Shown piece after piece: positions 1 through 8,977 of a DNA stretch of 64,000 nucleotides (its first letter is position 1; each line of letters opens with the position of its first letter). The translations under genes were made by a program, and so were the position numbers. The notes below the pieces were generated by a model. The model was not told the DNA's origin. It ran no database searches and was given only the letters and a program-made list of their open reading frames with translations. Source of the DNA: Candidatus Latescibacterota bacterium (GTDB lineage: Bacteria > Latescibacterota > UBA2968 > GCA-2709665); assembly GCA_965203805.1 (NCBI GenBank), contig OZ241917.1, positions 2,208,001 through 2,272,000 on the forward strand, read 5' to 3'.

Positions 1-144
1 TCCGTCCAGTGTTGGTAAGTTCGGCCTGATTCGGCAACTATACAAACCGTCGATAAATTTCACATCACCGTCAATTGAGAGCAGCCGATTATTCAACAAA
101 ACCACCGGCTATCTCGAATAACTCAATCCAGGGAGGGGCGTCTC

Positions 145-618
145 ATGAGAAGTGTCATGCCAATTTCGGTCATCTTGGTTTTTGCATTATTGCCTGACGC
201 GGTTCAAGCCAGGGACCTGATATTCGGAAAGAGCAAGATCGTCGTCGTCGATCTCGACGGAAAGACAAGACAAAAAAAAGCCATTGTTGCGTGGGGCGAT
301 TCGACTGTATCCTTGCGGTTCAAGGACGGTGACGACTCGGTCCGGTATCGAGAGTATGAAGGTATAATCCGTTACGACCGGATGTCGGACTTGACATATT
401 CGCATACCAAACATTGGAGAGTTGCCAGCGCCATTTTGTTGTCTCCCCTGACGCTCTTTTCACGGCGAAAGCACCATTGGTTTTCGTGGAATTACGTGGA
501 TGATGCAGGCAAAAAACATGCGGTAATACTTCGAATTGACAAGAGGGAAGAGAAGCTCTATAGGCGGCACGTTCCTCTCCTTACAGGCTTGGAATTGGAG
601 ATTGAAATGGAGAATTAG
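145..618 (+). CDS. Secreted hypothetical protein; paralog of 4430-4996
   Basis: GGAGG RBS, signal-peptide-like N-terminus (VQA|R). Shares KK.IV.WGD..V..R, YEG...Y..MSD..YS with 4430-4996. Confidence 0.75.
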   Translation: MRSVMPISVILVFALLPDAVQARDLIFGKSKIVVVDLDGKTRQKKAIVAWGDSTVSLRFKDGDDSVRYREYEGIIRYDRMSDLTYSHTKHWRVASAILLSPLTLFSRRKHHWFSWNYVDDAGKKHAVILRIDKREEKLYRRHVPLLTGLELEIEMEN

Positions 619-887
619 CCGGTCGCGTTTCCAACTGACACCGAGTCAATAGTAGAAAAAAATCCTAAATCCGACTTGGATCAGAGCAGTTTTTAAATGG
701 TCCGGATCGGTAATCCTCTTCAGAACTTCGGATAGTCGAAATCTACCTGCTCCATAGTGCGAACGAAATATGGAAACTCTCCGAACCTACTGATTGACCG
801 GTTCAATTATTGCCACGAGCACTCTAAAGTTCACACTATTACACACCATTGACCCGGCGCCCCGAGCCGCTCCCTGAACATGCGGCG

Positions 888-966
888 CCCTGAGCTTGTC
901 GAAGGGTCGACGGGTCGGCGAAGGGTCAAAATGGCAGCCAAGCGGGGGGCGCTTCGACAAGCTCAG
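888..966. repeat. REP-like inverted repeat pair (CCCTGAGCTTGTCGAAGGG ... CTTCGACAAGCTCAG)
   Basis: CTGAGCTTGTCGAAG at 890-904 and its reverse complement at 952-966. Resembles a widespread intergenic palindrome class. Confidence 0.6.
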
Positions 967-1503
967 CGTCCCCGTACGGGCAAGTCCCTTTCCACCTTAG
1001 GATGAGCTCAAGACGTCACCTATTTGCCGGTCCTGGCAATAACAGTCATTAGGGCGATATCATCACGGCACACCGGGCACCCGCTGCCCAGGCGTCATCA
1101 CCTGTCTGACAGTCTGTTGATAAGGATGCGCATTGCAGCGCTTCCAACGGGACGTCGAGCAATACTCAGGAAGACGCACTGTTTGGCCCGTGGATACAAC
1201 CCAGCAGATGCAACGAACTTTCACCGGGATGGTCGGGAAGTGGTTACGGTATCTCGATCCGGTGTCGTGAAATACCCATGTGACCGTGTGCGGAAAAGTC
1301 GCCATCTATACCTTGCCTCGTTGAGTGCGATCCATTACATTATTGTCATAGATTACAACCCGGTCAGGTACGCGAAACTTCAATTCGAGGACGTCGTTAT
1401 TGCTTTATAGCGAGATGCCGGTGCCCCGGTCGTACTCCGATTCATCTAAGAACGGCAGGCGGGTGTTCGTGACAACACCATTGAATTGGAAGGGGTGGAT
1501 TTT

Positions 1504-1674
1504 ATGTTAGGTATTTATGAGGCGGTCAAGAAGAAAAACCGGGAGAAGGGACGGGAAGAAGGATTTCAGGAGAGGGATAAGTTGATTAGCGAGTGGTATG
1601 AAAGCGAGAAGGCAAAGGGGACTGAAGGTTTCCAAAATCCACCACCGTTTCTCAACAACGGGTCCACTGAGTAA
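1504..1674 (+). CDS. Small hypothetical protein (EKGREEG...W...PPP type)
   Basis: GAAGGGG RBS-like sequence before ATG 1504, charged GREEG motif, followed by a terminator. Confidence 0.5.
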   Translation: MLGIYEAVKKKNREKGREEGFQERDKLISEWYESEKAKGTEGFQNPPPFLNNGSTE

Positions 1675-1695
1675 TCTGCTAAACCCACAAATTGG

Positions 1696-1731
1696 AGCGG
1701 CGGTGAAATTGAGCACCGCCGCTTTCTCTTT
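1696..1731 (+). terminator. Rho-independent terminator
   Basis: AGCGGCGGTG-aaattgag-CACCGCCGCT followed by TTCTCTTT. Confidence 0.7.
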
Positions 1732-1842
1732 GCCCGATTAGGCCACCCCTTTTATAAGGGAATTATATACTTTACTAACGAGTCGGACTTCTGTATATTT
1801 TATTCAAGAGCAGACACCAACCGATCTTGAAAGGACTGAAAA

Positions 1843-2781
1843 ATGGGACATGAAGCTCCGGGAAAAAGGCACAGGCAAGGTATCAGCGTTATCGAACTGG
1901 CCGAGATGTTTCCGACCGAGGACGCCGCTACAGACTGGTTCGTTGCTCAACGCTGGCCGGAAAGCCGTCCTTGCCCTCGCTGTGGGTTTGGTGAGACGAT
2001 GGTCGTTGCGAATTCCAGGCCGATGCCGTTTCGATGCAAGAAGTGTTGGAAATTCTTCTCCGTCAGAACGGGTACGGTCCTGGAACGGTCGAAGGTTTCA
2101 TTGAAAAAATGGGCCTATGCTGTTTATCTCTGCACCACCAGTCTGAAGGGCGTTTCTTCGATGAAACTGCATAGGGACTTGGGTGTTACTCAGAAGACTG
2201 CCTGGTTTATGGCTCATCGCATTCGTGAGGCTCTGACAACTCCCGGCGGTATGTTTTCCGGTCCGGTAGAGGTAGATGAGAGCTACTTCGGGGGCAAGGA
2301 AGGAAATAAACACAGTTCGAAGAAGCTGAGGGCAGGTAGAGGGACGGTCGGGAAAACGGCTGTTGTTGGTGCGAAGGACCGGGAAACCAATAAAGTCAAC
2401 GCCAAGGTTGCGGATGTTGTTGACGGCAGAAACCTGAGGCAGTTTGTATATGATCATGTAGAACCAGGTGCTGATGTTTTTACAGATGAAGCAAATGCGT
2501 ATAAGGGCCTGTCAGGCGTTCACCACAAGCAGGTGAAACATAGTGCTGGCGAATATGTGGACGGAATGGCCCATACCAACGGGATCGAATCCTTTTGGTC
2601 GATGCTCAAACGCGGTTACTACGGAACCTATCACAAGATGAGCGTCAAGCATCTGCACCGGTATGTCTGTGAGTTTGCCGAGCGCCATAACATCCGAGAC
2701 CTGGATACCATCGACCAGATGAAAGATGTTGTCGCAGGTATGGTCGGAAAACGACTGATGTACAGGGATCTGATTGCATAG
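1843..2781 (+). CDS. IS1595-family (ISXO2-like DDE) transposase with N-terminal Zn ribbon
   Basis: CPRCG...CKKC Zn ribbon; VEVDESYFGG, VFTDE, HTNGIESFWSMLKRG, YVCEF..RHN motifs. Confidence 0.95.
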   Translation: MGHEAPGKRHRQGISVIELAEMFPTEDAATDWFVAQRWPESRPCPRCGFGETMVVANSRPMPFRCKKCWKFFSVRTGTVLERSKVSLKKWAYAVYLCTTSLKGVSSMKLHRDLGVTQKTAWFMAHRIREALTTPGGMFSGPVEVDESYFGGKEGNKHSSKKLRAGRGTVGKTAVVGAKDRETNKVNAKVADVVDGRNLRQFVYDHVEPGADVFTDEANAYKGLSGVHHKQVKHSAGEYVDGMAHTNGIESFWSMLKRGYYGTYHKMSVKHLHRYVCEFAERHNIRDLDTIDQMKDVVAGMVGKRLMYRDLIA

Positions 2782-2920
2782 AAATCTTAACGATTAATTG
2801 AGATCTGAAGGTTCTGGATATGGCCCTTTGTCTTGTTGATGTGAATGAGGTAGAACAAGTATGGTAGACCTCTGGGAAAGCACATTAATAAGACAGCGCC
2901 GTATTGCGTTTAGCTAAAAA

Positions 2921-2943
2921 CCCCTGCTCAACGTGAGCAGGGG
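2921..2943. terminator. Hairpin terminator between convergent transposase and toxin genes
   Basis: CCCCTGCTCA-acg-TGAGCAGGGG preceded by AAAAA (U-tract on the minus strand). Confidence 0.7.
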
Positions 2944-2964
2944 CGAAGGTCAGTCGGCTGCCGA

Positions 2965-3270
2965 CTATTGTTTTATGATTCTGTTTAAGTATCGCTCATA
3001 ACCGTTATGCTTGTCCACGTGTAAAACTCGCATCATGTTTTCATCTTTATCGATCTTAAAAGACAATCGATACCTTTTTCCGAGCCTAGCAATCCATACG
3101 CCATTTTGTTGTCTGATATACCTTCCTGGTTTAATCGATTGTGTTTGTGCTTCTTCAAAAAACCGCTTAAGGTTATTCGTCGTCCTTGAATCAAGCCTTT
3201 TGACTGCCTTCTCTACGCTCTTGTTGTGGAACTGGATTTTGCTTATACAAGGGAATTGACTTTCGCACAC
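2965..3270 (-). CDS. RelE/ParE-superfamily toxin-like protein
   Basis: About 100 aa, basic; KAVKRLD...VWIARLGKRYRLSFKID...RVLHVDKH..YE fits the RelE pattern. Confidence 0.65.
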   Translation of the reverse strand: MCESQFPCISKIQFHNKSVEKAVKRLDSRTTNNLKRFFEEAQTQSIKPGRYIRQQNGVWIARLGKRYRLSFKIDKDENMMRVLHVDKHNGYERYLNRIIKQ

Positions 3271-3291
3271 TTTTGCCTCTAATTATTAAGG

Positions 3292-3807
3292 CTATAACGT
3301 GTCGATTAATTCCTGCACTGAATAGATCGCCCCCGTTGACGGTTCTTTCTGGCGTATCAAAACAGTAATCAACCAGTCTGTTTCGTACAGAAGTGCATTT
3401 AATGTATTTAGCTCGATAAGCGTTTTTTTGGGCGTATTAACAACTTGCGGGCGGTCTTTCTCAAAAGAAGATATTAATTCCTCTACGTCTCTTATGGAGC
3501 CTTTAGTTTTCTTGATTTGCTCTTTTATATCTATGTACTGTGATACTTTATCTAAGTCGTCTTTTTTGTGATCGTTGTTTTGCAAGAGGTCATAAAATTC
3601 CTTTTGCACCGCTAAGTACTTACAGACAGCGTTATAATGCTTCTCACATGCTTTTTCCAATTTAATAAACAGCTCTTCGAGCTTTTCTTGGTGGTCTAAA
3701 TACCGAGACAAACGCGAAGTTACACTTGGAGATAAATCCTTAGCAGATCCATTCACCAAAGTAGCTGAATTTACCACATGTGGCAATATGGACATCATGG
3801 GGGACAT
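3292..3807 (-). CDS. Coiled-coil protein, putative antitoxin
   Basis: Immediately upstream of the RelE-like gene. C-terminal G.IYSVQELIDTL resembles antitoxin C-terminal helices. Confidence 0.5.
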   Translation of the reverse strand: MSPMMSILPHVVNSATLVNGSAKDLSPSVTSRLSRYLDHQEKLEELFIKLEKACEKHYNAVCKYLAVQKEFYDLLQNNDHKKDDLDKVSQYIDIKEQIKKTKGSIRDVEELISSFEKDRPQVVNTPKKTLIELNTLNALLYETDWLITVLIRQKEPSTGAIYSVQELIDTL

Positions 3808-3931
3808 ATTAGCCTCTTTTATGGAAATGACGCGGGATTGCGGCTAAAGGTACAATATGCCGTCTTATAATATACGGAATTACAAAATTCACACAAGGAT
3901 GAATATCTCTCAAATTCGTGAGATACTTCTT

Positions 3932-4126
3932 TCAAATGTTCATCACTTCATCTGCAGAATCACGTTTGAGGGAATCCTGCACATCGCTACGAGAAACACC
4001 CGACGCCTTGTGTTTGCCTTGATTTTCTGAATCGCCTTCCAAATCCTTACCCACAGACCGCAACAGAGCCTTGGCCAGTTCTTCCGGTGTCATATTCAGC
4101 GGGGGTATGGAAACAGCACGTCCCAT
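3932..4126 (-). CDS. Small hypothetical protein (PPLNMTPEELAKALLR)
   Basis: GGAGGA RBS before ATG; operonic with 4138-4344. Confidence 0.55.
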   Translation of the reverse strand: MGRAVSIPPLNMTPEELAKALLRSVGKDLEGDSENQGKHKASGVSRSDVQDSLKRDSADEVMNI

Positions 4127-4137
4127 AAATCCTCCTC

Positions 4138-4344
4138 CTATTGCTTAAGCACAGAACTGAGAAACCGCTTTGCCCTATCCTCAGGCTTGGCTTCCTCTTC
4201 TACCTCCTCTTGAGAACCTTCCAGGAACGCCTTTACGACGTTCTTCGAGTCATCTCCTTTGATCACTCGTTCTATCATTTCCCTCGTTCTATCATTTCCT
4301 GTGAAGTAGTCATAGAACCTCCTGTTTCTTGTATTCAGTTTCAA
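4138..4344 (-). CDS. Small hypothetical protein
   Basis: 68-aa ORF with TTG start, stop overlapping the RBS of the next gene. Confidence 0.45.
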   Translation of the reverse strand: MKLNTRNRRFYDYFTGNDRTREMIERVIKGDDSKNVVKAFLEGSQEEVEEEAKPEDRAKRFLSSVLKQ

Positions 4345-4429
4345 ATTATAATCTAAGGGAAATATAACTATTAGTTAGCACAAAACAAACCAGGAAACTT
4401 AATTACTCTACGGGGCGTTAAGTTTTCGG

Positions 4430-4996
4430 TCATCTGTGAAGATCTCTCTTGTCTACCCAAGTGACATTCAAAATTCCATCAGCCGACGCCGCTCTAAGCA
4501 AATTCCGGTACGCCTTTCGCTCTTTCCCGCTCTTCACAAGCATACCTATATGGACTACCTTGCCGTCAGAATTTTTCGCCGTAAAAGACACCCATCTGTC
4601 CCGACTTCCAGCAAAATACTCCCCTGCGCCTACCAAAAGCGCCTCAACAACAGCTTCGCCAATGGGTCTGTTATGGGGCGAATACCTCACATCGCTCATA
4701 CTGGCATAGCTGTACGTCCCTTCATATCCCGGCCATTTCGACCCATCTTTCCAATTCTTGTACCGAATAGCAACCGCCGTATCACCCCAAGTAACAATGA
4801 CCTTTTTGCGAGAATACCATCCGGTTTCATCTTCGACATGCAGCTTGGCTTTCTTGAATACTCTGTGATGCTCAGAGGCAAGAACCCTTTTGGCATTTGC
4901 CTCTAATGAATCAGCCCGAACATCGTTCCCATCAATAGCTTCGACCGATCCCCCAAAAGCTACAACTACCAGTACTGCAAAAACATACCGCCCCAT
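4430..4996 (-). CDS. Secreted hypothetical protein; paralog of 145-618
   Basis: GGAGG RBS, signal peptide (VEA|I), clear by-eye alignment to 145-618. Confidence 0.75.
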   Translation of the reverse strand: MGRYVFAVLVVVAFGGSVEAIDGNDVRADSLEANAKRVLASEHHRVFKKAKLHVEDETGWYSRKKVIVTWGDTAVAIRYKNWKDGSKWPGYEGTYSYASMSDVRYSPHNRPIGEAVVEALLVGAGEYFAGSRDRWVSFTAKNSDGKVVHIGMLVKSGKERKAYRNLLRAASADGILNVTWVDKRDLHR

Positions 4997-5059
4997 CGCA
5001 ACCTCCCCCTACATGTGAGTGTAGACTTCCCCTCGGCACCTGAAAAAGGTGCCAGGTGG

Positions 5060-5196
5060 TTGTCAACGTCCTCGCAGTATGGTTGCGGGAAGGTTCCTGC
5101 TTATTCGCCAGAGACGGGAGCGACCCGCCCCTTTGATAAGAGGCTCTTGTATTCGGCAGGCCACCCGACATGCGGAGGCTGCAAGGACATTGACAA
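5060..5196 (-). ncRNA. Structured RNA, c4/c4-2-like
   Basis: 18-bp closing stem (5060-5077 / 5179-5196) that is fully paired, with two G-U pairs, only on the minus strand. Inner CCUGC-CGAAUACAA...GAAUAA-GCAGG helix/internal loop. Confidence 0.5.
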
Positions 5197-5247
5197 GAGC
5201 CAATATAACATTTTGGCTTGACAAAACAACGGGAATTTTAATGATTT

Positions 5248-5457
5248 TTATGAGAGCAGATTACGAAACCAACCCCTTCTGACTTTGGGATTCTCAGGAA
5301 CAGAGGTACGTGAAACCAATTCCCCAACCTGCAATAGACGAAACCGCGTGCGCGCATCTTCCTCAGAAGTGGCAGCGATACTATGTTCCCAATTGCCTCT
5401 CTGTTTTTCGTTAATATAATTATATCTGAACGTGTACAATTGAAATGAGCCATCCAT
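5248..5457 (-). CDS. Small hypothetical protein
   Basis: AGGAGG RBS upstream of ATG; protein-like sequence (IAATSEEDARTRF). Confidence 0.55.
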   Translation of the reverse strand: MDGSFQLYTFRYNYINEKQRGNWEHSIAATSEEDARTRFRLLQVGELVSRTSVPENPKVRRGWFRNLLS

Positions 5458-5489
5458 CTCAGAACCTCCTTATGACTGGGGAAAACGAA

Positions 5490-5762
5490 ATGGCACAGCA
5501 AAGACGGTCCGCAAAATATCTCATCAGTTTTAGATCCAGAGTAACGCGAGGTTTTACTTACTTCGTCCGAGAGACAGAGGACAACGAATGGTATTGGGTC
5601 TTGGTATGTAACGAGAACGGTGAAACAATCGCGGACTCAGAACAGTGCTACGCCAACAAAAGAGACTGCATATACGGCCTTCGAATTGTAAGAAACTCCG
5701 TAAGTTGCCCAGTGATTGAACAGCCATTCGAAGAAGATGACGACGAAATCGACGACGTTTAA
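5490..5762 (+). CDS. YegP/DUF1508-family protein
   Basis: EWYWVLVCNENGETIADSEQCYANKRDCIYGL matches the W.W.L...NGE.IA.SE.Y..K..C..GI pattern. Confidence 0.75.
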   Translation: MAQQRRSAKYLISFRSRVTRGFTYFVRETEDNEWYWVLVCNENGETIADSEQCYANKRDCIYGLRIVRNSVSCPVIEQPFEEDDDEIDDV

Positions 5763-6179
5763 CATGGCCACTCATTTCCTTTGCCTATCTCCAACAATAG
5801 ATCCCTAATTCTATTAATTTTTTAATATTTCGTTAGCTAAGTATATAATCCCCTTTTATAAAATTCCCGTCGTATTGAGAGGGAACAATGCTGGCGATGA
5901 TGTCCTGTAAAGGGAATTTCCAATATAACAACCAAAACATGCTTCCACGTTTCGTCATTGCAATTTCAGACTCTCTATAGATAGTCACGTCAGGAAATTT
6001 GACTCGTGCCGGGCGTCACGGCCCGTCGATCCGTCAAACGTCCAGCCGGCCGCCCCAATTCGTGATACGTCGACGTCTTCGATATTTACTCCGCTGATGT
6101 TATTGAAAATAAACCGATTATACAAGAAATCCGATGGTTTTCAAGAATAATTCGAATGGAAAGATTCGGGCAAGAAAAT

Positions 6180-6205
6180 AGCCCCGGGAATTAAATCCCG
6201 GGGCT
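6180..6205 (-). terminator. Terminator hairpin downstream of 6229-6549
   Basis: AGCCCCGGGA-attaaa-TCCCGGGGCT with an A-rich run on the left. Confidence 0.65.
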
Positions 6206-6228
6206 TCAAATTAGGTCGAACAAAATGA

Positions 6229-6549
6229 TTATTCATCAAAGGTTTGTTGCACACGAACCAGGGCGAAAATACGAATCAGGTTTAGCAAGAATAAACTTAG
6301 TCCGCCCACGACCAATAAGTGAATAATAGCGCAAATTTCAACAACGAGCGTTTTTTCATCACCCACGTAATATTGACCAAGTAGAAAAATCGAGTATAAG
6401 ACCAAAAGTAAGTGAACCAGAAAAAAGATCACATACATAATAATAAATAAACGGGTTTTTGTGGCTTCCAGAACTTTCTCATTGCCCTTTAAAAGCGCCA
6501 ATATAGAAGCTATAATGGCCATGAGAATGTAAAATTGAACCGGCGGCAA
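6229..6549 (-). CDS. Small integral membrane protein (about 3 TM)
   Basis: Three hydrophobic segments; start codon uncertain. Confidence 0.55.
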   Translation of the reverse strand: MPPVQFYILMAIIASILALLKGNEKVLEATKTRLFIIMYVIFFLVHLLLVLYSIFLLGQYYVGDEKTLVVEICAIIHLLVVGGLSLFLLNLIRIFALVRVQQTFDE

Positions 6550-6560
6550 TAATGCTGTTA

Positions 6561-7158
6561 TTAAACGACCATCTTTTCGAAATCTACGTCTTTCTGACGA
6601 TACTTACCAAAAGCATATTCAGTTAATTTATCGCGCACGCGTTCAGGGACCTGTGTGGTATCGAACAATCTGAATTTCCGATTATGAGCCCCGATCGGAT
6701 GTTTCGAGACGTATGCCGTGCAAGAATCCACAATCTTATAATGTATGTCACTCTCAGGCCGTTGGCCAGGCTCCCGTCGGGAAAATAGCTGAACTCGTTC
6801 CTCATCGACAAAAGTTCTAGTAAATAATGTATTCCCAGCAATATTAAAAAAAACGCCTAACCTCAAATTCAGGATAAGCGTATAATTTTTCACGTATCAA
6901 TCGCACAAAGCGAGAATCATTATACAAAGAACCTTTAACGTCATTTCCATCATCATACAGCTCGATTTTCTCCTTAGATTGTTCCAAAAGATGCAGGGCA
7001 GACTCAATAGCCATTTGATCATTATTGACAGCTTCGCGTCTGGACCTGATACGAAAAATACTATAATTCCAATACATAGCCCAGAGCATGAGTATAGTAC
7101 CAATTAGAATCCAGAGAAGGAGAAGAGATAAAACAAGGATTTCAAGATTCGTCATCAC
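6561..7158 (-). pseudogene. Frameshifted gene: N-terminal TM plus PLD-like domain (joins ORFs 6844-7158 and 6561-6893)
   Basis: A T8 run (A8 at 6846-6853 on +) gives ..RRFF*. Removing one T gives ..RRFFNIAGN.. and continues into the second ORF, which has an HYKIVD motif. Confidence 0.6.
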
Positions 7159-7638
7159 TTCCCTCTACGAACACGTTTGTGCGTTGTTTTTGTACACGTA
7201 ATTTACAGCGCCCGTCTGAGCACGTTAACGTCTCCTTACCGATGACCCCGGCATATCGACAAATTACACATTTACTGAAATAAGTCAATAACGTCGATAT
7301 TTTAACAACGAGTCCCCTCAGCAATCGGGGGTCTATAGGAGCCGAGGCAGCGCAAAACCACATTGCCCCTCAAGGGGGGAGTGATAAAACCCTTAGACGG
7401 ATTCGCGCGTTCACTTGATTCCATTCGGTTGCTGCTGAACGTCGCAAAGGCCCAGCAGAGAAGGAGTGCCGAATACTTGGTATTGTAAGACAAAAACAGA
7501 TTATATTTGTATTACCGACTTTCGTTACGACCTTCAAGTGCATCTCCTTGACCTGCATTTACGCGCACTTCGATGAGCCGTTTCGACAAGGTTAACCCAA
7601 GCAGCGACCGCGTTCCTCCTGAATCAGCTGAATCGTCT

Positions 7639-8910
7639 ATGTCCCAGCAATCCGAAGGTCCCTCCGAAACACCACCCCCTCCGAACGGCGCGCTCGCGCC
7701 GCTGAGCAACCCCGACTATCGCAGGCTGCTGGCCAGCAACGCGCTCTGGTGGCAGTTCATGTGGATGGAAATCATCGTGGCCGGCTGGCTGGTCCTGGAG
7801 CTTACGGACTCGGCCTGGCAGGTGTCGCTGATCGGGTTCTACCGCATGGCCCCGCTGCTGCTGATCGGCTTCGTCTCCGGGCCCCTCATCGACCGGTTCG
7901 GCCGCAGGAGGATCATCATCTTCTCCCAGGCGGTCAACCTCGTCGTCTCCCTCCTGATCGCCCTGATCATCCTGACGGACCGCCTGGCCGTTTGGCATCT
8001 GGCCGTCGGCGCACTCGTGATGGGCACGACCTGGGCCGTGGACTGGACCGCGCGGCGTTCGCTGTTGCCGGATCTGGTGGGCAAGGCCCGAACCATGGAC
8101 GCCATGCTCCTCGAGGGAATATCCCAGAACGTCACCCGGGTTGCCGGGCCCTTTTCCAGCGGCGCCCTCTACGCGACCCTGGAACCGCTTGGCTGCTATC
8201 TGATCCTGACCGGGATCGCCCTGGCGTCTCTGATGATCCTCGGACGGCTCTCCAGACAACCCGCCCTCGAAAAAGCGCCCGCGGACGGTTCCCACTGGAC
8301 CCGGACCGTGGAGGGGCTGCGCTATATCCGACGAAACCCCGCGATTCTGGGGGTCACGCTCATTACAGTCGCCATGAACTTCCTGGTCTTTCCCTACCAG
8401 ACCCTGTTGCCGGTGTTTGCGAGGGACATCCTGAATCAGGGTCCCGTGGGATTCGGCGTACTCGCCTCCGCCAACGGCGTCGGCGCGTTTGCCGGCCTGT
8501 GGATTGTCAGCAGGCTCCGCCGGAGCGTGACGACAACGCTGCTCTATGCGGGCGGTTCGTTTCTGATGGCCGCCGCCGTGGTTGTCTTCGCGACGTCGAC
8601 CGACTTCTATTTTTCGCTGGCGCTCCTCACCCTGTCGGGAATCGGCCATGCGGCCTTCGGCCTTCTCCAAAGCACGATCGTCCTGCTAGCGGCGCGGGAC
8701 GACATGCGCAGCCGCGCGATGGGCGGCATCGTCCTCGCCATCGGCACGGGTCCCCCCGGCCGCCTGAGCGCGGGCGCCGTCGCCGAACGCTTCGGCGCGC
8801 CGTTCGCCGTCTTCGTTGCGTGTGCCATCGCCTCCCTGATCGTCGTTGCGGTGACACTGGCCATGTCGGGATTCCGAAACGCATCGGCCGCGCGTGAGGC
8901 GAACGCATGA
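7639..8910 (+). CDS. MFS transporter (DHA3/MFS_3-like)
   Basis: About 12 hydrophobic segments; GPLIDRFGRRRII motif A; D.MRSR.MG motif. Confidence 0.9.
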   Translation: MSQQSEGPSETPPPPNGALAPLSNPDYRRLLASNALWWQFMWMEIIVAGWLVLELTDSAWQVSLIGFYRMAPLLLIGFVSGPLIDRFGRRRIIIFSQAVNLVVSLLIALIILTDRLAVWHLAVGALVMGTTWAVDWTARRSLLPDLVGKARTMDAMLLEGISQNVTRVAGPFSSGALYATLEPLGCYLILTGIALASLMILGRLSRQPALEKAPADGSHWTRTVEGLRYIRRNPAILGVTLITVAMNFLVFPYQTLLPVFARDILNQGPVGFGVLASANGVGAFAGLWIVSRLRRSVTTTLLYAGGSFLMAAAVVVFATSTDFYFSLALLTLSGIGHAAFGLLQSTIVLLAARDDMRSRAMGGIVLAIGTGPPGRLSAGAVAERFGAPFAVFVACAIASLIVVAVTLAMSGFRNASAAREANA

Positions 8911-8936
8911 AAAAACCGGCCCATCGGGCCGGTTTC
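8911..8936. terminator. Bidirectional terminator
   Basis: AAACCGGCCC-atc-GGGCCGGTTT between convergent genes. Confidence 0.7.
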
Positions 8937-8977
8937 GCCGCCATCCAAAGCGTATAGCCGTTGGCACCGTCGATGAC

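Larger units (their letters stand above)
1758..5853 (+). mobile_element. IS1595-family transposon with passenger genes (4096 bp)
   Basis: Left TIR GGGAATTATATACTTTACTAACG (1758-1780) matches the reverse complement of the right TIR, GGGGATTATATACTTAGCTAACG (5831-5853), at 20/23. 8-bp direct repeat TTTTATAA at 1750-1757 and 5854-5861. IS1595 transposase inside. Confidence 0.9.

Noticed and set aside
1024-1410. 128-aa ORF
   Set aside because: No RBS or recognisable motif, and composition is unlike real proteins; probably spurious or decayed DNA.
7142-7558. Short minus-strand ORFs upstream of the frameshifted gene
   Set aside because: No motifs or convincing starts; likely a promoter/intergenic region.
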